A stretch of 63,995 bases of DNA, the filler included, from Lenisia limosa (lineage: Eukaryota > Protista > Breviatea): assembly GCA_001655205.1 (NCBI GenBank). It is 11 parts of 11 records of this genome, joined end to end, with 100 filler letters (N's around TTAATTAATTAA, not from the genome) between each part and the next. Parts side by side here need not be neighbours in the genome. Positions count along the whole stretch, not along the records: positions 53,114 to 56,128 come from LPNZ01003976.1; positions 56,229 to 57,711 come from LPNZ01001963.1; positions 57,812 to 60,339 come from LPNZ01003519.1; positions 60,440 to 63,995 come from LPNZ01001434.1; 7 more parts are not named here. One strand, given 5' to 3'. The position numbers were made by a program, and so were the translations under genes. Shown in pieces: positions 53,153 through 62,584 of the stretch. Each line of letters opens with the position of its first letter. Positions within the stretch are counted from its first letter, which is position 1. Under the pieces are notes generated by a model that searched no databases, was not told the DNA's origin, and saw only the letters and a list, made by a program, of their open reading frames with translations.

Positions 53153-55913
53153 GCCTTTTCGCTGCAGGTGAAGTTACTGGAGGTGAGGGGCTGGGGTAAT
53201 TAGGAGTTCTCTTCGCTACGAATTAGTTTGGTAAAGTATCGAAAATGGATTTATTGAGATATTTGGTCTTTTTTTTCGAACCGAAGTGAGCCATATATAT
53301 CCTTACCATACTATTAGATTAATGATAAAAAAAGAAGAACCCACTTTTACATCTTTTCAGGTGTATCTTTGCCAAAATAGTATTGATGATGATACATTTG
53401 AGAGCAGACAAAAAGAAGAAGAAGAGAAAAAGAAAAACAAGAAAACACCCTCTGATCTTTCACATTGAATATCTTGGGAATCAAATAACTACATAGGGGT
53501 ACCATAAAAACAAATTACCATTTGATTAGCATGGGAAATAGTGTCATTGTGCTGGTCCAGACATGGCTGTATTTACTCAAGTGGCACTTTATTCCACAGG
53601 CCTCCACGGCGCCAATCGTCTTGCTGGCAACTCGCTGTTGGAATGTGTCGTCTACGGCAGAGTGGCTGGTTCAAGAGCCGCTTCAACTAACATCAACAAA
53701 GGTATGTGGTAATAATTTGTTGATTTTGTTTGTTTTGAATTTCGATCTATTTTTGTGTCAACCAACATCAACAAAGGTAGGTGGCAATCATTTGAATTTC
53801 GGATCAGTCAATTTTGAAGAATGATTGAACATTTACTATTTGTATTTTGTTTTTTCTTCTGATTTATCGATTAGTGAATTGTTACATCGTGATTTGATTT
53901 GTTTATTTCCGGATTAATCGATTCAGGAGAAGTAGTCAAATTTTGAAAAAAAAAATTCAATTAATTCTACACATTCCCCTTTTTACCATGACCAGACCTG
54001 TCGACAACGGAATACCTACCGCTTTCATTGAGACAAGTCGGATTCGTGGGGCCTACTCAGCGCGTTTTCAGGTATGGAGGGGGGGCTCTCCGTGTGTTAG
54101 TTACTTCCTGGTTTAAAATTTCTTCAAGTTTATCATACAAATTGGTGAAATAGAGTTCAGGGTACATTATGTCTCTCTTCACATTTTGAAGTCAATTTGT
54201 ACACCAACATCTTTGCTTTTTCACTGACTAGATTTGACCTGCCCTCTGCAAACAGATCTCTTGTTGGATGGAGAACGGGACAGGTTTGTGGCAGACTTTT
54301 TTTTTTATCAGCTCGAAATGAAATCAGAATTTCCTTTTTTTGTTTTTGAGAACTTCGTCTTTTTTTCGCATCGACGTTGCAAGAATGTTAGCAGACGGCT
54401 TTTGTCTGATAGTATCAATACCCTAGAAAGAACGTTATGATGTGGACGGCTTTTGTCCTTTCCGTCCTTGTATTTTAATTCCGCAATGTAGTATGTCATG
54501 GTGAAGGCGACGATTGGCGGAGAAGCGATTGAGAGGTTCTACAGCCCTATTTCCAGATTCGACGACAACGGGCTTTTGGACCTTTTGATCAAGGTTGGTT
54601 TTGGTTCCAATAAAAGACAAAAAGTATTACTTACAGAGTTGTAAGGCAAATGATTGGGTAAATTAATATTTAACTATAATCCAATATCTCTTATAANNNN
54701 NNNNNNNNNNNNNNNNNNNNNNNNNNNNNNNNNNNNNNNNNNNNNNNNNNNNNNNNNNNNNNNNNNNNNNTTATTGAATGGGAATGTAAAAGAAGTCAGA
54801 ATAAAACAGTGATTGATTGATTACCAGGTGGACAACAAAGGAAACATGTCTAAGTTCCTTGGATCGCTTCTCCCTGGTAGGTTTTGAGATTTTCGCCCCC
54901 CCCCCCCCTCGCTCTTCTTTCTTCCTCTCTAATTTCTCTCCCTCCCTCCTTTCATTCATAATAGGAAGGGCTACACTCTGAGCCAGAAAAAGGCTGAATA
55001 TTTCGATAAATCGTCGATAGTTTTCGATAGTTTTCCGATCATTTTCGTAGACAGTGAAGCTCTATATCTAACAGAGTCTATTATTCATTTATAATCGGGG
55101 CCACCAGCTGTCTAACAGGTGTTTCTTCATTGATAACATGAGACACCCAGTGTCAGGCATTTCTTCATTTCTAACAGGAGATACCCTTGGTGTAAAGGGC
55201 CCATTTGGAGGCATCAACCTTGGACTCGACCCTGATCAGACCAAACCTAGGTGGGTGGGTGGGGGGATGGGAAAATCCATGAAATCAAAAAAGAACAAAA
55301 TCAACTCTGTTGACAACACAGAGTGTGATATTTGGACTTATATATATTAACATATGATATCTGGCACTCAGAAAGCTAAGCTATGTCTTATAAGTATGAT
55401 GGTGTGGACTGCTTCGGCCAGCCACTTTTTTATTTTCCACCTCAACCCAATCAACAACCCCAGGTATAAGAAGCTGACTCTGATTGCCGGCGGCACCGGA
55501 ATTTCTCCGATGGTCCAAATTATCCGAACTGTTGTAGCCCGTCAGCTGGCGGATGTGGAGATCAACCTGATCTACGCTGCTGACACTGTGGAGGAATTGA
55601 TTTTTAAGGTAGGATTTACTCTAAAGAGAATGTGTCACCACAGCCCCATGAACTATGATGATCAAAGTAATGCATATTTGGTGTTAATAGTACTCCAAGA
55701 TCTCGGATTTATATGATGAAAAAAGAACATATTTCATTTTTATGGTGGGGGATTCTAAAGGTTGGGTGGTGGAGCGCATAACAGCGTATCTTTTTCTATC
55801 ACTCTTTATTTCACTGACCTCCTTTTGACATTCCCATTCCCTTGACATTTCAGGACGTTCTGGACAAAAGAGCCACCCTTCCCAATATCCATGTCAACTA
55901 CGTCATCCTCAAG
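53153..55913 (+). CDS. Soluble NADH-dependent fumarate reductase: flavoprotein C-terminus fused to a cytochrome-b5-reductase-like domain; partial at both ends
   Basis: [34 protein letters not shown], followed in frame by RFDLPS...GQYVMV...RFYSPISRFDDNGLLDLLIKVDNKGNMSKFLGSLLPGDTLGVKGP and LIAGGTGISPMVQII...LIYAADTVEELIFK. Confidence 0.88.
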
Positions 55914-56249
55914 GTAGGCAGAAGTGGAATGAATTGGAACTGGGGAATAGAAGAAGAATAAAAATGAAAGGGGGGTGATTGAATTTTGAGGTAGTTTACA
56001 AACAATGTGTAATTATTGTAATGGAGGGTGAGTAATTATCTGGAGTAATCTATCCTTTTGCGTTTTTTCATGGATGCGCTCTCAAGATAATGTAGTTTTT
56101 CTCCACACACCACCAGTTCTTGCCCCCTNNNNNNNNNNNNNNNNNNNNNNNNNNNNNNNNNNNNNNNNNNNNTTAATTAATTAANNNNNNNNNNNNNNNN
56201 NNNNNNNNNNNNNNNNNNNNNNNNNNNNTTCTTTTGTTTACCCCCCCCC

Positions 56250-56822
56250 AGATCTCGCTCCCCCCGCAGGTGGATGGCGCAGAATTTAGCTTAAAACATC
56301 ATTGTTTTTGAAACACAGTTACTGTTTTGTGACTGCCTTTTGACCTTCTCATGTTTCTCCTCTTTAAAATTTACCTTTTCTCCTTTTTCCTTCTTTAAAA
56401 TCTTTTTCTTCTCTTTCCCCATTTGCATTGACCTTTTCAGGTCTCGCTCCCGCCGTTCGGACAGTCCTGATGACAAGGCCAGGAATGTGGGTAACGGTTT
56501 TCTCACGGTTTTGCGGGTATGTAGCAGTTACGTTTCTTAATGTTCCCCCGCCCCGGGCTTAGACAGATGCTAGCACGTTGATAGTGGTCTTTTTTTTTTG
56601 TTTCTTACACAGTTTTCCACTTTACGAGTATTAGTTTTGATGCCGCTTATGGCACATCACTGGATTCTGTTCACCTTGCTGTATTTTTTTCACAATTAAC
56701 AATGATAATGTGCTTTTTAATGCCAGTTCACTCATTGTTCCAGGTTTCGCCACCACCTGCCGAGGAACTGCCCCAAGACGTGGACTTTGACAAGGACGAT
56801 TAGACCGTTTATGGCTGTTCTA
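56250..56822 (+). CDS. C-terminal exons of an SR-like protein
   Basis: RSRSRRSDSPDDKARN|VSPPPAEELPQDVDFDKDD* with GT/AG borders. Confidence 0.4.
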
Positions 56823-57149
56823 GAGGTAATGCATTTCTTGGTTTTCTTTCATCTTCATCTTTTGCATGGTTTTTAGCAAGCTGTGGTGTAGTTGATATAA
56901 GCTTGTCTTAAAAAAAAAAAGGGGGGTTTTGGGTTCCGCTGTGGCTCAAAAAAGACCGACAATCAATAATTCCCATCGTCTTAATACCTTCCATTATATA
57001 TCATCTAGATAGTCTAACTATTACTGCCCATACAATGAGTATTTCAAATTGACTTTCTGACAGGTGGCCTAATCATCACGAAAAATTAGCCGGAGGATAT
57101 TACGCAAGCGGGTTCAGAACAAAGGACCCACGAAATCGATCATTATTCA

Positions 57150-57695
57150 TTGTCTAGGGCTGCGGCCCTCAAAGTCACCTAACACTACCTAATGTACAAA
57201 AACTACAAATGCGGTCGGGAGTAAAAAGTCCTATTTTTTACCATGGCTGTCAACAAAAGATTGGAAGGCGGCTTCTTCCTCATCAGAGAGTTCCTAAAAA
57301 TTGATGAGAGTGGGAAACGAGAAATTTCGACGAAGAATATTGGACAGAATAACCTGAAACTCCAAATACAAAAAAAAAAATAACAAAAAGAAAAAAAATA
57401 ATATAAAAATACAAAAACAAATATAAGTACCGCAATGGACAAGAGACGGATGAGGGAAGGAGATTGATGATAAAAGGACACGCTAGTGAGCTCCCAATGC
57501 TATAAACAGAAGAGAGGGGATAAAACAGAGGAAGAGACCCGCCAACCGATCCACTAAAAAGCTCAACCACGTTCTCAGGGTTGAGGGCGCTAAGGTCGGG
57601 CCGGGATAAGAGGTCAGTTTCAGACCCGTTGGTGTCGGAATCATTATCCGGTGCGGAGTCCTTGAATCCGAGCCATGACCACCAGGATTGCTCTC
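57150..57695 (-). CDS. C-terminal exons of a hypothetical protein
   Basis: EQSWWSWLGFKDSAPDND...NPEN|ELSDEEEAAFQSFVDSH|GDFEGRSPRQ*. Confidence 0.45.
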
Positions 57696-57959
57696 TGGGG
57701 GGGGGGGGGGGNNNNNNNNNNNNNNNNNNNNNNNNNNNNNNNNNNNNNNNNNNNNTTAATTAATTAANNNNNNNNNNNNNNNNNNNNNNNNNNNNNNNNN
57801 NNNNNNNNNNNGGGAAAGAAGAACGAGGGGGGGTATATTCTATTATTGTACCATGGAAATTATTGTCTGAAACATTATTAATTCAGAACCACATAACGTA
57901 CCATCAATAAACTAATACACAAATCAAAGACAAAGCGCAGAAAATGAACAAAATGTAGA

Positions 57960-60200
57960 AAAGGGGAAAATGAGATTTACACTTGTGATCCATTTCGAGA
58001 TGCGAGATGCAGCAACCGACTCACTAAGTGCTTTGTAATGGCGACCCAGATCAAGGTTTGTTGAAGAGTAGTATGAGGCATTTAAGCTTGTGCTAGAAAG
58101 ATAAGTACCACAATCTATGATCAAACATATTACAAACACTAATACATACAGAGAGGGGTCGACATGAAGGTGAGTTTGAAGTGCAACAGCGGCGGCGGGG
58201 TTGTGAAAGTCTTTATTGTTGCGAAGGTATGTGTTAAAAGAAAGGTTCTTCTTCAGGTAATCTGCAACACGTTTCTAAAAGATTACCTTAGCAAAAAAGA
58301 GCAGAGGAAAGAGTGTTGACAAATGGTGGAAAAAGGCCGAAATAGAGACTAAAAACTAAAAAAAGATAGTGATATAATGTGTGGAAATGATAATAATAAA
58401 AANNNNNNNNNNNNNNNNNNNNNNNNNNNNNNNNNNNNNNNNNNNNNNNNNNNNNNNNNNNNNNNNNNNNNNATGCATAGAGTTTTCTGTTTTCCCCCAG
58501 CAAAGACAGTATTGAAGGAGAAGGAAGTAAGAAAAAGTGTGAGGATTAAACTTCCGAGCCACCACCCAACTGCATCTCTTTTCCCCATACTTTCCCCTCA
58601 TCCAAACTAAATAAAAAAAAGAATAATAGTACTGGAGGCTTGGAAGTAGCTCTTCTTTACTCACCATCCACTACCGCTGCGTTGCCATTTAAATACATCC
58701 ACATACACCCCCAACACCACCTACCTGTACAATTGGCATTGGTTGCCCTTCCGGCAAAGGGCATGTTTCTGCCAAGAAAGTGGTTATTGTTGTTTCTTTA
58801 GCAGAAGGCATGTCATTAGTCCAACTGTAAGCACCAAAACGTTCTTCATCTGTGAATGTATGGGCTGGTGACGACGTTATTGGAGAGCCAACTACAAAGG
58901 GTGAGAACAGCCAGGAACGCGCAAACTCCAAAAGTCCCTCTTACCTTCCAGGGCAGATAAAGACATGTTAGAGCTGACGGTATGGAGAGGACGGGTTGGA
59001 GAAGCGGTGGGGATGGGTTCGGGGGAAGGGTTAGCAGAGGGTGGACGTTCAACTGTTGCATCAGGGGGTCGTTCGTCTTCACTTTCTGACTCATCCCCAA
59101 TGCCACCTGGAATAATTAAAGCAGCCCACCACCCCTTTTAGCCATTCTTATTCATAATAAGCCTTCTTAACATGTGTTCGCCTACTTAACAGGCTACCAC
59201 CATGTACAACAGCTCGTCCTCCCTGAAACTGTTAAAATACCATGTGGATGGAGGAAAAGCAATTCAGACCAAGTATACCGCTAATCAACAAATAAAATTA
59301 CTGAAATATTCAAATGGCCTACAGATCCAGGTTGAAGGCCAATTGGTGTGGCTAAAGAACGTTATTCAACAAGAACCTAGGAGAAATCTCACCTTTAGAC
59401 TCATCGTCAGATGAGGAAGCTTCAATTAGCCCCATTTAATCCTATTTATGGCGATTATCCGCTCTTCAGAGAATTGTGTGAATGATAATCCTATCTTACA
59501 GACCAATGGAGCATTTTACACCCCTATTTATCTCATTATGTAAGGTAATTTTATTATATAATAACACTCAAACAGTGACAACCCTTTCATGAGGCTTGCT
59601 AAATTTTTAGAGAAAAAAGGCAAACAACATGGAGCATGTATTAATTATACCTTTATAAAGAAAAAACAAAAGCAACAAAAAAGCCTCTTGAAACTGCAGA
59701 TGCAGTCAATTATTGTATGTTCATTATTAACAGTATGGAGGAAGGGTGGAAGCTCTTTTTTTTCTCACACTTTTGTATTGTGTGGCATTAGTGCCCCTTT
59801 AATGACCAGTTTTGGACAGCAGAGTGTGCATATGGTTCATATTGAGCAACTTAAATGACTGCCGTGGAACTCACCTTCCACGGGGGCATATGCCCTATCT
59901 GAATTCAATAGTAGCTGATGACGAGAAAGAATCCTTTAGAATTGCCTTTGAGAGATCTGGGCTTTTCTGTGAAAGTCTATACACTTGATCTCTGAGGCTT
60001 TATTATTCTTCCCTAAAAGCAGAGTCATCCTTTGGGGTATTTGCTGAACCAAGCTCACACTTCAGGCCTTCAGGGGTTACCCTGTTGATATGACGAGACT
60101 ATCATTATTGTGATGGGAATTTGTTCAAAAATTCTTTAAGTACATTACCCCGTTTCCAAGGTGCTTCTCCAACAGTTTACAGCAGCATCTTTTGGTTACA
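57960..60200 (-). CDS. Hypothetical multi-exon gene fragment
   Basis: Exon-like blocks with GT/AG borders, e.g. HTFTDEERFGAYSWTNDMP...PIVQ and LGRHYKALSESVAASRISKWIT; no family recognised. Confidence 0.35.
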
Positions 60201-60459
60201 TCACTCTACAGTTCCTTAATATAAATACGTTAAATTTACATAAATGCTCATTGTGCAAAGTGTTATTCCTTAACTCTTTTAAGGTACTCTCTCTCACTGG
60301 TAGGTAGGGTAGAGATCTGAGGCAGCCTCTTTATGGGGANNNNNNNNNNNNNNNNNNNNNNNNNNNNNNNNNNNNNNNNNNNNTTAATTAATTAANNNNN
60401 NNNNNNNNNNNNNNNNNNNNNNNNNNNNNNNNNNNNNNNCCCCCCCCCCCCTCCTACAG

Positions 60460-62417
60460 GTCGGCCCGTCAGCTCGCCAAGGTGCAGCGTTGTTGAATGA
60501 TGACGTGTCACAGTGTCCTTTGATGATGTCATCAACTTGGTCCGGCCGCACCACCCCGGGGCCCTGGGCGCATTAGAGCTGGTAAGAGTTCGAGAAAATT
60601 GTCACGGATATTCGAACATAGCCTTTTGGTAACGCAATATTTTTACAACTATTTTCTAGATTTTAACAACGATTTTAGTCTTTTACAAATCATAATTGTT
60701 TTTCTCACATGTCATAAAAATTACTTTCATTACACCTTAAATCTAAATCACGCAAGTTATGCTCGGTACACTCTGAACAAACTCCTCGGCTTCGCCACTC
60801 CAGCTGTGAACCTCGGTTAGGTTAAGAGTGCATTTGAAACACCCAAACCCCTCAGAAATCGAGCCAGATTTTGGAACTATAACCTGCTTCATAGGAATCC
60901 CAAGTCAATGCGTAGTAGAGCAGTCCAAAACACTCCTCCTCAAAAACACACAATTCCACCACTCTCAAATACCCCCCCTTCTTACTTCTTTGCAGTTACT
61001 ACGAACGAGGAGACCAATAACCTAGAAAAAATGAATTTGGGCAAAATAACTTGTTTTCTTTCTTAGCTTGTTTGTTTTATTTTTATTTTAAAAAAGAATG
61101 AGACGTTTGCGAGAAGTCAAATAAACTTGCAAAATATCGATATTTAGCTAAGATTTCAAGAGTAATCATTCCCAAACATTCCTTGTAAGTCTCTTTGAAA
61201 CTAGGATCATAAAGATCAAGCGGTTAATATTGTACACCATATGATATAATCACCACCAGGAAGTACGGGAATTAATTTGTTCATGGTATTTATTTGTTTC
61301 CCAAGATTTCTAATGTATATAATATGATATACAGTATATTATTTCTCATGTTTCAAAAAACAAACCCACAAACCATATAACCCCCTCCCACCTGGCCAAA
61401 AGCCGAGACACCCTTGTCAGTCCGGCCACATCGGGTGTAGCAGGAAAGATCACGGCTTGGTACAAGACATGTTTTGACGAGTGCCTGCGGGGGGGGGGGG
61501 GGNNNNNNNNNNNNNNNNNNNNNNNNNNNNNNNNNNNNNNNNNNNNNNNNNNNNNNNNNNNNNNNNNNNNNNNNNNNNNNNNNNNNNNNNNNNNNNNNNN
61601 NNNNNNNNNNNNNNNNNNNNNNNNNNNNNNNNNNNNNNNNNNNNNNNAGCCAATGTTGGCAAAACCTTTAAGAAACACACAAGGTTGAAAACAACAAAAC
61701 AAAGCCCAGGCCAGTCATTCTTGCATCGCATCCTAGATTAAACAATGCCGTCCACACCATCACGCTGATAAGAGATATTAAATATATAAAAACTATCAAT
61801 GTATAAAATTTGGTCATGATTTTATGATCTAATTTTATATCACTATTACATACAATATATTTCTTAAAAGAGTGATGATGTGGCTGACCAGACACAACCT
61901 TGTTTTGTTCTCATCTCTACACCACCACACTTATAAAATATAGTGGATTACAGTAAATTATTAATTCACCAAATCACAACTCTATGCACAGTGCTTCCCA
62001 AATAGGGTAGGTATCCGTTACACAAAACCGTTTGAAAATTAATTTTCAATCATTGCACAGTGTCCTAGTTTTCCCCCTCTCCTTTTAATACAAAAAAATC
62101 TACACATCAACACACTTTTATAGTGGGAGAATAGGGTGAATAAGAACGATAGAAATGAATAAGAAGTTCAGAACTTAGAAATAGAGGATCAGATCCTCAA
62201 GGAGAGAACCCAACCACTATTATTCCGACCTCCCCACCTTGAACATTTCGCTTTCAATGGTCTTCAATGTCTCTCCCTGATCCGCGAAGCCCATGTAGTC
62301 CCAGCCGAGATAGGCCACTTTCAGCGCAACAAAGCGACGATGGCATGTTGTAAAGTCGAACTTTCGCTTCTTCTTCGCCCCCTTCCCCTCCATTCTATTC
62401 TGAACTGATTTAGACAT
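60460..62417 (-). CDS. PUS3: tRNA pseudouridine(38/39) synthase Pus3/Deg1; 3'-truncated
   Basis: KRKFDFTTCHRRFVALKVAYLGWDYMGFADQ...TIESEMFKALVKTCLV...CYTRCGRTDKGVSAFGQVIGLLVRSN (catalytic GRTD motif). Confidence 0.92.
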
Positions 62418-62584
62418 CCGAAGAGCCGAGGTAGGGAAGCAAAGGAACAATCTAGATGTTCAAAAAGACCTTCAAAAGAATACGAAATTAAACTGATTCA
62501 GAGACTATTTTCTAGAACATTCGAATCGACAGCTTTTTCACGCAATTTGTTTTCAAAAATCGCTATCCTTTTGACTTAATCAAC

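Noticed and set aside
16600-55065. Recurring palindromes as a CRISPR array or bacterial REP elements
   Set aside because: They are dispersed in eukaryotic introns, variable, lack regular spacers and cas genes, and show 8-bp TSDs, so MITEs fit better.
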